NCBI GenBank assembly: GCA_002189035.1
Contig: NEEC01000040.1
Coordinates: 1-44,809, forward strand
DNA: 44,809 bases
Source: Utricularia gibba
Lineage: Eukaryota; Plantae; Magnoliophyta
Direction: 5' to 3'
Both the position numbers and the translations under genes were made by a program. The notes below the pieces were generated by a model. That model was not told where the DNA came from and searched no databases. It saw only the letters and a list, made by a program, of their open reading frames with translations. Positions 10,801 through 25,900 of the stretch are shown piece by piece. Every line of letters begins with the position of its first letter. The first letter of the stretch is position 1.

Positions 10801-13800
10801 TGGGCTCAGGAGTCGAACCGAACCTTGGGTCCGGACGAACTTCCCAATGAAAGCACCCAACCAAAAACGACAAGCTTTTCCTTCAGAAACCATGTAGGCA
10901 GCTGCCGAAAACCCAACGTTAATAAATGGATCACTTTTTTTGCCGGGCTACAAATGACTATGGGCCCGAGCCCGACCCGACCTCCGGCCCGATCCTGGTG
11001 CCCCTCGAGAGCGCCTCCTCAAATATAAAGCTTGTGGATGAGAAAACCATTTGGGGTGCTCATGACATCCTAACTTCAATAAATGCATCACGATTTTCGT
11101 CGAATAGGACCCGATTGGGCTCAGGAGTCGAACCGAACCTTGGGTCCGGACGAACTTCCCAATGAAAGCACCCAACCAAAAACGACAAGCTTTTCCTTCA
11201 GAAACCATGTAGGCAGCTGCCGAAAACCCAACGTTAATAAATGGATCACTTTTTTTGCCGGGCTACAAATGACTATGGGCCCGAGCCCGACCCGACCTCC
11301 GGCCCGATCCTGGTGCCCCTCGAGAGCGCCTCCTCAAATAAAAGCTTGTGGATGAGAAAACCATTTGGGGTGCTCATGACATCCTAACTTCAATAAATGC
11401 ATCACGATTTTCGTCGAATAGGACCCGATTGGGCTCAGGAGTCGAACGAACCTTGGGTCCGGACGAACTTCCCAATGAAAGCACCCACCAAAAACGACAA
11501 GCTTTTCCTTCAGAAACGTAGGCAGCTGCCGAGTTAATAAATGGATCACTTTTTTTGCCGGGCTACAAATGACTATGGCCCGAGCCCGACCCGACCTCCT
11601 CAGAGCGCCTCCTCAAATATAAAGCTTGTGGATGAGAAAACCATTTGGGGTGCTCATGACATCCTAACTTCAATAAATGCATCACGATTTTCGTCGAATA
11701 GGACCCGATTGGGCTCAGGAGTCGAACCGAACCTTGGGTCCGGACGAACTTCCCAATGAAAGCACCCAACCAAAAACGACAAGCTTTTCCTTCAGAAACC
11801 ATGTAGCAGCTGCCGAAAACCCAACGCTGCCGACAAATGACTATGGGCCCGAGCCCGACCCGACCTCCGGCCCGATAGATCCTCAAATATAAAGCTTGTG
11901 GATCCACTCATGACATCCTTTCAATAAATGCATCACGATTTTCGTCGAATAGGACCCGATTGGGCTCAGGAGTCGAACTTCCGGACGAACTATGAAAGCA
12001 CCCACCAAAAACGACAAAGAGCAGCTGCCGAAAACCCGCACTTTTTTTGCCGGGCCCGATCCGGCCCGATCCTGGTGCCCCTCGAGAGCGCCTCCTCAAA
12101 TATAAAGCTTGTGGATGAGAAAACCATTTGGGGTGCTCATGACATCCTAACTTCAATAAATGCATCACGATTTTCGTCGAATAGGACCCGATTGGGCTCA
12201 GGAGTCGAACCGAACCTTGGGTCCGGACGAACTTCCCAATGAAAGCACCCAACCAAAAACGACAAGCTTTTCCTTCAGAAACCATGTAGGCAGCTGCCTT
12301 AATAAATGGATCACTACAAATGACCCCGAGCCCGACCCGACCTCCGGCCCGATCCTGGTGCCCCTCGAGAGCGCCTCCTCAAATATAAAGCTTCCCTCGA
12401 GGACGTCCCCGATTGGGCTCAGGAGTCGAACCGAACCTTGGGTCCGGACGAACTTCCCAATTGAAAGCAATGGATCACTTTTTTTGCCGGGCTACAAATG
12501 ACTATGGGCCCGAGCCCGACCCGACCTCCGCCCGATCCTGGTGCCCCTCGAGAGCGCCTCCTCAAATATAAAGCTTGTGGACCATTTGGGGTGCTCATGA
12601 CATCCTAACTTCAATAAATGCATCACGATTTTCGTCGAATAGGACCCGATTGGGCTCAGGAGTCGAACCGAACCTTGGGTCCGGACGAACTTCCCAACGA
12701 AAGCACCCACCAAAAACGACAAGCTTTTCCTTCAGAAACCATGTAGGCAGCTGCCGAAAACCCAACGTTAATAAATGGATCACTTTTTTTGCCGGGCTAC
12801 AAATGACTATGGGCCCGAGCCCGACCCGACCTCCGGCCCGATCCTGGTGCCCCTCGAGAGCGCCTCCTCAAATAAAAAGCATAGAAAACCATTTGGGTGC
12901 TCATGACATCCTAACTTCAATAAATGCATCACGATTTTCGTCGAATAGGACCCGAAGGAGTCGAACCGAACCTTGGGTCCGGATGAACTTCCCAATGTTT
13001 TCCTTCAGAAACTCATGAAAAACCATTAGATAAATGGATCACTTTTTTTGACCGAGGACTAACTATGGCATCACGCCCCGATCCGGAAATCCGCTTGTGG
13101 ATGAGAAAACCACTCATGACATCCTAACTTCGTCGAAATAGGACCCGATTGGGCTCAGGAGTCGAACCGAACCTTGGGTCCGGACGAACTTCCCAATTTA
13201 ATAAATGGGTGGATCCGGCCCGATCCTGGTGCCCCTCGAGAGCGCCTCCTCAAAGCCCATTTGGGGTGCTCATGACATCCTAACTTCAATAAATGCATCA
13301 CGATTTTCGTCGAATAGGACCCGATTGGGCTCAGGAGTCGAACCGAACCTTGGGTCCGGACGAACTTCCCAATGAAAGCACCCAACCAAAAACGACAAGC
13401 TTTTCCTTCAGAAACCATGTAGGCAGCTGCCGAAAACCCAACGTTAATAAATGGATCACTTTTTTCCCCGGGCTACAAATGACTATGGGCCCGAGCCCGA
13501 CCCGACCTCCGGCCCGATCCTGGTGCCCCTCGAGAGCCTCCTCAAATATAAAGCTTGTGGATGAGAAAACCATTTGGGGTGCTCATGACATCCTAACTTC
13601 AAAAAATGCATCACGATTTTCGTCGAATAGGACCCGATTGGGCTCAGGAGTCGAACGAACCTTGGGTCCGGACGAACTTCCCAATGAAAGCACCCACCAA
13701 AAAACGACAAGCTTTTCCTTCAGAAACCATGTAGGCAGCTGCCGAAAACCCAACGTTAATAAATGGATCACTTTTTTTGCCGGGCTACAAATGACTATGG

Positions 13801-13960
13801 GCCCGAGCCCGACCCGACCTCCGGCCCGATCCTGGTGCCCCTCGAGAGCGCCTCCTCAAATAAAAGCTTGCCATTTGGGTGGACATCCTAACTTCAATAA
13901 ATGCATCACGATTTTCGTCGAATAGGACCCGATTGGGCTCAGGAGTCGAACCGAACCTTG
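4801..13960 (+). repeat. Mixed satellite block: intact runs (about 6960-8480, 8820-9560, 10580-11500) with deletion-bearing units
   Basis: Shortened or scrambled units at about 5000-5100, 5280-5600, 6540-6770, 8500-8820, 9580-10150 and 11500-13260, between consensus-length monomers. Boundaries are approximate. Confidence 0.85.
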
Positions 13961-16900
13961 GGTCCGGATTCCCAACGAAAGCATTTTCCTTCAGTCAATT
14001 AGGATCACTTTTTTTGCCGGGCTACAAATGACTATTCATCCTGAGAGCGCCTCCTCAAGCACCATTTGATGACCCTGGGTCGAATAGGACCGATGGGCTC
14101 AGGAGTCGAACGAACCTTGGGTCCGGACGAACTTCCCAACGAAAGCACCCAACGTTACCATAAGCAGCTGCCGATCACTTTTTTTGCCGGGCTACAAATG
14201 ACTATGGGAGCCCGAACCATCAGAAGCCCGATGGGCCCCCGAATCGACTTCCTCCTTATAAAGCTAGAGATCCTCAAAAATAAAAGCCCATTTGGGGTGC
14301 TCATGACATCCTAACTTCAATAAATGCATCACGATTTTCGTCGAATAGGACCCGATTGGGCTCTCGGAACCTTGGGTCCGGATTCCCACGAAAGCACAAC
14401 AAGGACAAGCTTTTCCTCAGAAACCATGTAAAACCCAACGTTAATAAATGGATCACTTTTTTGCCGGGACTATTTCCTATCCTCAAATGCCCAATGACAT
14501 CCTAACTTCAATAAATGCATCACGATTTTCGTCGAATAGGACCCGATTGGGCTCAGGAGTCGAACCGAACCTTGGGTCCGGACGAACTTCCCAATGAAAG
14601 CACCGACAAGCTGAAACCCAAGCGCCCCTCAAGAGCGCCTCCTCAAATATATATGGGAAGTACGAACATCCTAACTGATCAATCCTACGACTTTCCGGCC
14701 CGATCAATCCTCAAATATAAAGCTTGTGGATGAGAAAACCATTTGGGGTGCTCATGACATCCTAACTTCAATAAATGCATCACGATTTTCGTCGAATAGG
14801 ACCCGATTGGGCTCAGGAGTCGAACCGAACCTTGGGTCCGGACGAACTTCCCAAGAAAGCACCCAACCAAAAACGACAAGCTTTTCCTTCAGAAATGTAG
14901 GCAGTTAATAAATGGATCACTTTTTTTGCCGACAAATGACTATGGGCCCGAACTTAAAAATGATCCCTTGGGGTCCTACGAACTTGATGGGATGAGCAGC
15001 TGCCGAAAACCCAACGCACTACCCTCCTGGTGCCCCTCGAGAGCGCCTCCTCAAATATAAAGCTTGTGGATGAGAAAACCATTTGAGGGCCTAACTTCAT
15101 CGAAATCCTGATTTTCGTCAAATCGATTTTTCAGTCGACCCGGGGTCCAACGAACTTCCCGAACTTGGACAAGCAAGCGAAAATGCCCCGAAAAAATTGG
15201 CAATGGATCACTTTTTTCCGGGCTACAAATGACTATGGGCCCGAGCCCGACCCGTCCGGCCCGAGGTGCCCCTCGAGAACTATCCTGAATAAAAGCAGTG
15301 GAAAAAAACCATCTCATGACATCCTAACTTCAATAAATGCATCACGATTTTCGTCGAATAGGACCCGATTGGGCTCAGGAGTCGAACCGAACCTTGGGTC
15401 CGGCGAACTTCTAAGAGCACCCAAGGGAAATTTTCCGTTCAGAAATGTCAGCTGCCGAAAACCCAACGTTAATAAATGGATCACTTTTTTTGCCGGGCTA
15501 CAAATGACTATGGGCTACACGCCTCCGATATGGGCCCCCGATTCCTCCTCCTGGCAATGGGAACCTAGATGCTCATGGCATTTTTCGTCGAATAGGACCC
15601 GATTGGGCTCAGGAGTCGAACCGAAACCTTGGGTGTCACTACACCTAAACAAGCCCCACGGGCCTAGAGTCGAACCGAACCTTGTAAAATGGATCACTTT
15701 TTTTTGGTAAAACCCAATGGGCCCTTTTCGAACTTCCTCCTGTCAAAAGCAACGGGGCTTCAGAAACCATAAGGGTCCCCGATTGACGAACTTCTTTGAC
15801 CCTTCAACCCTTCAGTCGCCCGAGGGGGCGAACGAACTTCCCTTTGGCAAGCCACCTTTTCATGCCATCGGCAGAAATAGGACCCGAAGGAGTCGAACCG
15901 AACCTTGGGTCCGGCGAACCCCTGAAACACCCGATGGAAATTTTTCCTTGAGGTGCCAAAAGCAACCCCCGATCCGGCCCGAAAGCGCCTCCTCAACCAC
16001 TTTGGAAATAGGACCCGATAGGAGTTTGACATGGAAAGCACTACCCAAAAACGACAACGATTCGTCGAATAGGACCCGAACTAGGCTGCCGAAAACCTTG
16101 GGTGGGCTTTCCCACTGCTCCCGAGCGACAAGTTTTCCTCAGGATGGCAGCCCTTGGGCCGGGCTACAAATGACTATGGGCCCGAGAACCCGAATCCGGC
16201 CCGGGAAACCCTTTTCCTCCTGAATAAAAAGCAATGGATGCAGAACCATTTGCGGAATAGGACCCGATTGGGCTCAGGATCGTCCCTTGGGTCCGGGCTC
16301 AGAGTCGTAACAGGGTCCGGACGAACTTCCCAATGTCAAGCAACAAACTATTTAATGATCGGGCCCGAACTACCTGTATGTCAATGGATACAGAAACCCA
16401 TTTGGGGTGCTCATGACATCCTAACTTCAATAAATGCATCACGATTTTCGTCGAATAGGACCCGATTGGGCTCAGGAGTCGAACCGAACCTTGGGTCCGG
16501 ACCTGGCAAGCGACCCAAAAAAACTGTGGCCAGCTACCCTTAATGGCACGGGGTCGCCCGATACAAATCCTGATTGGAAAGCGAGGATGAAAACCAATTG
16601 GAAGTAGGAGTCGTTCCGGGGTGTAAATGGATCACTTTTTTTGCCGGGCTACAAATGACTATGATCAAGAGCGCCTCCTCACAAGCTTGGGAAACCAACG
16701 TTTGGGGTGCAATGATCATCCTAACTTCTAAGTGCCCCGAGGAATTTGGGCTCAGGAGTCGAACCTTGGGTCCGGAAAAATGAAAGCAGCTTCGACAAAC
16801 TTTTCAGAAACCATGAGGCATCACGATTTTCGTCGAATAGGACCCGATTGGGCTCAGGAGTCGAACCGAACCTTGGGTCCGGAAACGTTAATAAATGGAT

Positions 16901-19900
16901 CACTTTTTTTGCCGGGCTACAAATGACTATGGGCCCGAGCCCGACCCGACCTCCGGCCCGATCCTGGTGCCCCTCGAGAGCGCCTCCTCAAGATATGGCA
17001 TTGTCGGTAGGAGTCGAACCCACTTCTGCAAGCTCCTAACTTGATAAATGCCCACGTGCGAAATAACTTTTCGAACTATCCTGCAGCTGCCGGCGAGGGG
17101 CTCAAGTCGCCCAATGACATCCTAACTTCAATAAATGCATCACGATTTTCGTCGAATAGGACCCGATTGGGCTCAGGAGTCGAACTTGGGTCCGGACGAA
17201 CGAATGGTAGGCAGCTGCCGAGCAACCTTTAAAAACACAATGGGAACCCACGTGACGGTGGAAATCGCCGGGCTACAAATGACTATGGGCCCGAGCCCGA
17301 CCCGACCTCCTCCTGGTGCCCCTCGAGAGCGCCTCCTCCCCCGGGATTTTCGTCGAATAGGACCCGATTGGGCTCCGTATGCTTTTCGAGCAAGCAACCT
17401 ATTCAAGAAACCCCTTGACAGGAAACCCGAAGTCGAACCGAACCTTGGGTCCGGAAACTTCCCATGCAAGCACTTGCCGGGCTACAAATGACTATGGGCC
17501 CGAGCCCGACCCGACCTCCGGAATGACCCGGCATCACGAAATAGGACCCGATTGGGCTCAGGAGTCGAACCGAACCTTGGGTCCGGACGAACTGAAAGCT
17601 TGTGGTTCACACCTATGGGGATCCGGCCCGATCATGCTCCATTTGATGACATCCTAACTTCAATAAATGCATCACGATTTTCGTCGAATAGGACCCGATT
17701 GGGCTCAGGAGTCGAACCGAACCTTGGGTCCGGACGAACTGAACTTCCCAACCCAAGCAACCTATTTCCTGAGAAACTCCATAGGGGCCGAGGCTCTTAA
17801 ATAAATGGATCAACGGGCTCCGGCCCGATCCAGAACCCATATGACATCCTAACTTCAATAAATGCATCACGATTTTCGTCGAATAGGACCCGATTGGGCT
17901 CAGGAGTCGAACCGAACCTCCGCCTTTTCCTTCAGTGTAGGCAGCTGCCGAAAACCCAACGTTAATAAATGGATCACTTTTTTTGAGAGGGCTCCTCAAA
18001 TAAAAACTATGGGCCCCATTTGGGGTGCTCCTGACCCTAAAACTTCAATGGATCAGATCCTTTCCCGAATGGACCCGATTGGGCTCAGGAGTCTTGGGTC
18101 AGGAGTCGAACCGAACCTTGGGTCCGGATGAACTTCCCAATGACGCACACCGTCGAATAGGACCCGATGGGCTCAGGAGTCGAACGAACCTTGGGTCCGG
18201 ATGAGATTTTCCTTCAGAAACCATGTAGGATCACTTTTTCAACGTACAAATGGGGCTACGAAATGACCTGGCCCGAGCCTACCGACTCCGCCCGATCCTG
18301 CCCCTCGAGAGCGCCTCCTCATGCCTTCAATGGATAAACCACGACATCGTCTATAGGACCCGATTGGGCTCAGGAGTCGAACCGAACCTTGGGTCCGGAC
18401 GAACTTCCCAACCCATCAACCGAAAACGAAACCAATGGGAAGTAGAAACCCAACGTTAATAAATGGATCACTTTTTTTGCCGGGCTACAAATGACTATGG
18501 GCCCGAGCTACCTCCGGCCCGATCCTATGGGAGCGCCTCCTCGAAATACGCTTGTGGTTCAAAAACGATTCAAGTGCTCCATAGGCATCACGATTTTCGT
18601 CGAATAGGACCCGATTGGGCTCAGGAGTCGAACCCAACCTTGGGTCCGGTGGATCACTTCCGACACGGGCTCAGCACCCACCCAAAAACGGGCTTTTTCC
18701 TTCCTGTAGGCAGCTGCCGAAAACCCAACGTTAATAAATGGATCACTTTTTTTGCCGGGCGGAACGACCAAACCCGCCCTCATGACATCCTAACTTCAAT
18801 AAATGCATCACGATTTTCGTCGAATAGGACCCGATTGGGCTCAGGAGTCGAACGAACCTTGGGTCCCGATTGGTAGGCTTCACTACAAATGACTATGGGC
18901 CCGAACCCGACCTCCGGCCCGATCCTGTGCCCCTCGAGAGCGCCTCCTCAAATAAAAGCTTGTGGATGAGAAAACCATTTGGGTGCTCATGACATCCTAA
19001 CTTCAATAAATGCATCACGATTTTCGTCGAATAGGACCCGATTGGGCTCAGGAGTCGAACCGAACCTTGGGTCCGGATGAACTTCCCAACGAAAGCACCC
19101 ACCAAAAACGACAAGCTTTTCCTTCAGAAACCATGTAGCAGCTGCCGAAAACCCAACGTTAATAAATGGATCACTTTTTTTGACCTAAGTCGAAAAAATG
19201 CCCATTTGGGGTGCTCATGAGCATCACGAAATAGGACCCGATTGGGCTCAGGAGTCGAACCGAACCTTGGGTCCGGATGAACTTCCCAACGAAAGCACCC
19301 ACCCAAAAACGACAAGCTTTTCCTTCAGAAACCATGTAGGCAGCTGCCGAAAACCCAACGTTAATAAATGGATCACTTTTTTTGCCGGGCTACAAATGAC
19401 TATGGGCCCGACCGACCGACCTCCGGCCCGATCCTGTGCCCTCGAGAGCGCCTCCTCAAATAAGTGGTTGAGAAAACCATTTGGGGTGCTCATGACATCC
19501 TAACTTCAATAAATGCATCACGATTTTCGTCGAATAGGACCCGATTGGGCTCAGGAGTCGAACCGAACCTTGGTCCGGATGAACTTCCCAACGAAAGCAC
19601 CCACCAAAAACGACAAGCTTTTCCTTCAGAAACATGTAGGCAGCTGCCGAAAACCCAACGTTAATAAATGGATCACTTTTTTGCCGGGCTACAAATGACT
19701 ATGGGCCCGAGCCCGAGACCTCCGGCCCGATCCTGGTGCCCCTCGAGAGCGCCTCCTCAATAAATTGCCATTTGGGGTGCTCATGACATCCTAACTTCAA
19801 TAAATGCATTTTTCGTCGAATAGGACCCGATTGGGCTCAGGAGTCGAACCGAACCTTGGGTCCGGATGAACTTCCCAACGAAAGCACCCACCCAAAAACG

Positions 19901-22900
19901 ACAAGCTTTTCCTTCAGAAACCATGTAAGCAGCTGCCGAAAACCCAACGTTAATAAATGGATCACTTTTTTTCCGGGCTACAAATGACTATGGGCCCGAG
20001 CCCGACCGACCTCCGGCCCGATCCTGGTGCCCCTCGAGAGCGCCTCCTCAAATATAAAGCTTGTGGATGAGAAAACCATTTGGGGTGCTCATGACATCCT
20101 AACTTCAATAAATGCATCACGATTTTCGTCGAATAGGACCCGATTGGGCTCAGGAGTCGAACCGAACCTTGGGTCCGGACGAACTTCCCAACGAAAGCAT
20201 TTTCCTTCAGAAACCATGTAGGCAGCTGCCGAAAACCCAACGTTAATAAATGGATCACTTTTTTTCCGGGCTACAAATGACTATGGGCCCGAGCCCGACC
20301 CGACCTCCGGCCCGATCCTGGTGCCCCTCGAGAGCGCCTCCTCAAATATAAAGCTTGTGGATGAGAAAACCATTTGGGGTGCTCATGACATCCTAACTTC
20401 AATAAATGCATCACGATTTTCGTCGAATAGGACCCGATTGGGCTCAGGAGTCGAACCGAACCTTGGGTCTTCTTTTCCGGGTGCCGAAAACTTAATAAAT
20501 GGATCACTTCAATGAAACACCCAAAAAACGACAACTTTTCCATTCAGGACCCGAACGAACATCCTATGCAAAAACCCAACGTTAATAAATGGATCACTTT
20601 TTTTGCCGGGCTACAAATGACTATGGGCCCGAGCCGACCTCCGGCCCGATCCTGTGAGAGCGCCTCCTCACCCATTTGGGGTGCTCATGACATCCTAACT
20701 TCAATAAATGCATCACGATTTTCGTCGAATAGGACCCGATTGGGCTCAGGAGTCGAACCGAACCTTGGGTCCGGACGAACTTCCCAATGAAAGCACCCAC
20801 CAAAAAACGACAAGCTTTTCCTTCAGAAACCCAGCTGCCGAAAACCCAACGTTAATAAATGGATCACTTTTTTGCCGGGCTACAAATGACTATGGGCCCG
20901 AGCCCGAACCTCCGGCCCGATCCTTGCCCCTCGAGAGCGCCTCCTCAAATGCCCAATGATGGAAGTTGGGCTCATGTCAATTAACACTACCTATTTCCCG
21001 AATGACCCGGGAAATAGGACCCGATTGGGCTCAGGAGTCGAACCGAACCTTGGGTCCGGATGAACTTCCCAACGAAAGCACCCACCAAAAACGACAAGCT
21101 TTTCCTTCAGAAACAATGTAGGCAGCTGCCGAAAACCCAACGTTAATAAATGGATCACTTTTTTTGCCGGGCTACAAATGACTATGGGCCCGAGCCGACC
21201 CGACCTCCGGCCCGATCCTGTGCCCCTCGAGAGCGCCTCCTCAAATATAAAGCTTGTGGATGAGAAAACCATTTGGGGTGCTCATGACATCCTAACTTCA
21301 ATAAATGCATCACGATTTTCGTCGAATAGGACCCGATTGGGCTCAGGAGTCGAACCGAACCTTGGGTCCGGATGAACTTCCCAACGAAAGCACCCACCAA
21401 AAACGACAAGCTTTTCCTTCAGAAACCATGTTAATAAATGGATCAACAAATGACTATGGGAGTTCAGTGCCCATATGGCATCACGCGTCGCTCCTCGAAA
21501 TAAAGATGGTTGCCTCGGGGAGGGCTCCTCAGAGCGCCTCGCTTGTGGACCATTTGATGACATCCTAACTTCAATAAATGCATCACGATTTTCGTCGAAT
21601 AGGACCCGATTGGGCTCAGGAGTCGAACCGAACCTTGGGTCCGGACGAACTTCCCAACGAAAGCACCCACCAAAAACGACAAGCTTTTCCTTCAGAAACC
21701 ATGTAGGCAGCTGCCGAAAACCCAACGTTAATAAATGGATCACTACCGGGCCCGAGCCCGACCCGACCTTCCTGGTGCCCCTCGAGAGCGCCTCCTCAAA
21801 TATAAAGCTTGTGGACCATTTGGGGTGCTCATGACATCCTAACTTCAATAAATGCATCACGATTTTCGTCGCCCGAAGGAGTCGAACCGAACCTTGGGTC
21901 CGGACGAACTTCCGTTAGATGTAGCATGCCGATCACTTTTTTTCCCGGGCTACAAATGACTATGGGCTCCTCACGCCTCCGCTTGCCATTTGGGGTGCTC
22001 ATGACATCCTAACTTCAATAAATGCATCACGATTTTCGTCGAATAGGACCCGATGGATTTTCCTCGAATATATTGGGTGGATGAACGCCTCCTCAAATAT
22101 AAAGCTTGTGGATGAGAAAACCATTTGGGGTGCTCATGACATCCTAACTTCAATAAATGCATCACGATTTTCGTCGAATAGGACCCGATTGGGCTCAGGA
22201 GTCGAACCGAACCTTGGGTCCGGATGAACTTCCCAACGAAAGCACCCACCCAAAAACGACAAGCTTTTCCTTCAGAAACCATGTATGTTAGGATCACTTT
22301 TTTTGCTGCCGAAAATCCCAGAGCGTTCAATAAATTGTCCATCACATCCTTTTTTCCCCCGATAGGAGTCGAACGAACCTTGGGTCCGGACTTCCCATGG
22401 CCCGAGCACTTTTTTTCGGACCCCCGAGCCCGATCCTCCTGAGCGCCTCCTCAAATATAAAGCTTGTGGATGAGAAAACCATTTGGGGTGCTCATGACAT
22501 CCTAACTTCAATAAATGCATCACGATTCGTCGAATGGTTGGGCTCAGGAGTCGAACGAACCTTGGGTCCGGACGAACTTCCCAACGAAAGCACCCACCCA
22601 AAAACGACAAGCTTTTCCTTCAGGTATGCCGAGGAGTGGTAAGAGCGCCTCCTCAAATATAAAGCCCATTTGGGGCTCATGACATCCTAACTTCAATAAA
22701 TGCATCACGATTTTCGTCGAAGGAGTCGAACCGAACCTTGGGTCCGGACCTTCGATTTTCCTTCAGAAACAATGTTGGAGTGACCGAACCTTGGGTCCGA
22801 TGAACTATGGCAAAACCCGAACTGGGTCCGGACTTCCTTTTCCTTCAGAAACAATGTAAATGGATCAGGGCTGACCGAGCCCGACCGACCTCCGGCCCGA

Positions 22901-25900
22901 TCCAGAGCGCCATTTGGGGTGCTCATGACATCCTAACTTCAATAAATGCATCACGATTTTCGTCGAATAGGACCCGATTGGGCTCAGGAGTCGAACCGAA
23001 CCTTGGGTCCGGACGAACGAAAGCACCCACCAAAAACGACAAGCTTTTCCTTCAGAAACATGCAGCTTGGATCAACAAATGACTAAGCCCGACCTCCGGC
23101 CCGATCCTGGTGCCCCTCGAGAGCGCCTCCTCAAATAAAGCTCCATTTGGGGTGGACATCCTAACTTCAATAAATGCATCACGATTTTCGTCGAATAGGA
23201 CCCGATTGGGCTCAGGAGTCGAACGAACCTTGGGTCCGGATGAACTTCCCAACGAAAGCACCCACCCAAAAACGACAAGCTTTTCCTTCAGGGTGTTCAA
23301 CAAATGACTATTTCCCGACGCCACCCAATGACATCCTAACTTCAATAAATGCATCACGATTTTCGTCGAATAGGACCCGATTGGGCTCAGGAGTCGAACC
23401 GAACCTTGGGTCCGGATGAACTTCCCATGGAGGCAAAAACCCAACGTTAATAAATGGATCACTTTTTTTGCCGGGCTACCTATGAAACCTCCGGCCCGAT
23501 CCTAGAGCAGCTGCCCTCATGACATCCTAACTTCAATAAATGCATCACGATTTTCGTCGAATAGGACCCGATTGGAGGAGTCGAACTTGGGTCCTTTGAA
23601 TGTTAAAGCACTACAAATGGGGCCCGAGCCCGACGACCTCCGGCCCGATCCTGTGCCCCTCGAGAGCGCCTCCTCAAATAAAAAGCCCATTTGATGACAT
23701 CCTAACTTCAAAAATGCATCACGATTTTCGTCGAATAGGACCCGATTGGGCTCAGGAGTCGAACAACCTTGGGTCCGGGAACTTCCCAATTTTCGTCAAA
23801 TGGATCACTTTTTTTGACAAATGACTATGGGCCGAGCCCGACCCGACCTATCCTGGTGCCCCTCGAGAGCGCCTCCTCAAATAAAAAGCTCCATTTGAAC
23901 GCATTTTTCGTCGAATAGGACCCGATTGGGCTCAGGAGTCGAACTTGGGTCCGGACGAACTTCCCAACGAAAGCACCCACCAAAAACGACAAGCTTTTCC
24001 TTCAGAAACAATGTAGGCAGCTGCCGAAAACCCAACGTTAATAAATGGATCACTACCTATTCCTCAGAGCGCCTCCTCAAATATAAAGCTTGTCCAATGA
24101 CATCCTAACTTCAATAAATGCATCACGATTTTCGTCGAATAGGACCCGATTGGGCTCAGGAGTCGAACCGAACCTTGGGTCCGGACGAACTTCCCAACGA
24201 AAGCACCCACCAAAAACGACAAGCTTTTCCTTCAGAAACCATGTAGGCAGCTGCCGAAAACCCAACGTTAATAAATGGATCACTTTTTTTGCCGGGCTAC
24301 AAATGACTATGGGCCCGAGCCCGACCCGACCTCCGGCCCGATCCTGGTGCCCCTCGAGAGCGCCTCCTCAAATATAAAGCTTGTGGATGAGAAAACCATT
24401 TGGGGTGCTCATGACATCCTAACTTCAATAAATGCATCACGATTTTCGTCGAATAGGACCCGATTGGGCTCAGGAGTCGAACGAACCTTGGGTCCGGATG
24501 AACTTCCCAACGAAAGCACCCACAAAAACGACAAGCTTTTCCTTCAGAAACCATGCAGCTGCCGAAAACCCAACGTTAATAAATGGATCACTTTTTTTGG
24601 GCTACAAATGACTATGGGCCCGATGATTACCCGATTTACTATGCAATCACTCACCCCCGATCCGGCCCGATCCTGGTGCCCCTCGAGAGCGCCTCCTCAA
24701 ATAAAAGCTTGTCCACTCATGACATGCATCACGAAATAGGACCCGATTGGGCTCAGGAGTCGAACCGAACCTTGGGTCCGGACGAACTTCCCAACGAAAG
24801 CACCCACCCAAAAACGACAAGCTTTTCCTTCAGAAACAATGTAGGCAGCTGCCGAAAACCCAACGTTAATAAATGGATCACTTTTTTTCCACAAATGACT
24901 ATGGGCCCGATCCTCCTGGTGCCCTCGAGAGCGCCTCCTCAAATATAAAGCTTGTGGATGAGAAAACCATTTGGGGTGCTCATGACATCCTAACTTCAAT
25001 AAATGCATCACGATTTTCGTCGAATAGGACCCGATTGGGCTCAGGAGTCGAACCGAACCTTGGGTCCGGATGAACTTCCCAACGAAAGCATTTTCCTTCA
25101 GAAACCAAGCAACAAATGACTATGGGCCCGAACCTCCGGCCCGATCCTGGTGCCCCTCGAGAGCGCCTCCTCAAATAAAGCCCATATGGCATTTTTCGTC
25201 GAATAGGACCCGATTGGGCTCAGGAGTCGAACTTGGGTCCGGATGAACGCTTTTCCTTCAGAAACCAGCTGCCGAAAACCCAACGTTAATAAATGGATCA
25301 CTTTTTTTGCCGGGCTACAAATGACTATGGGCCCGAGCCCTCCGATCCTGAGATCCGCCCGACATCCTAACTTCAATAAATGCATCACGATTTTCGTCGA
25401 ATAGGACCCGATTGAGCTCCTCAGTCGATTTGATGACATCCTAACTTCAATAAATGCATCACGATTTTCGTCGAATAGGACCCGATTGGGCTCACTTCCT
25501 GAAAGCACCCACCCAAAAACGACAAGCTTTTCCTTCAGAAACAGCTGCCGAAAACCCAACGTTAATAAATGGATCACTTTTTTTGCACAAATGACTATTC
25601 CGGAAGAGCGCCTCCTCAAATATAAAGCTGTGCCCGACGGCATCACGGGAATAGGACCCGATTGGGCTCAGGAGTCGAACATTGGGTCCGGATGAACTTC
25701 CCAATTTTCCTTCAGTGGGCAGCTGCCGAAAACCCAACGTTAATAAATGGATCACACCTATGGGCCCGAGCCCGACCCGACCTCCGGCCCGATCCTGGTG
25801 CCCCTCGAGAGCGCCTCCTCAAATATAAAGCCCATTTGGGGTGCTCATGACATCCTAACTTCATCACGATAATATTGGGCTCAGGAGTCGAACTTCCTGT

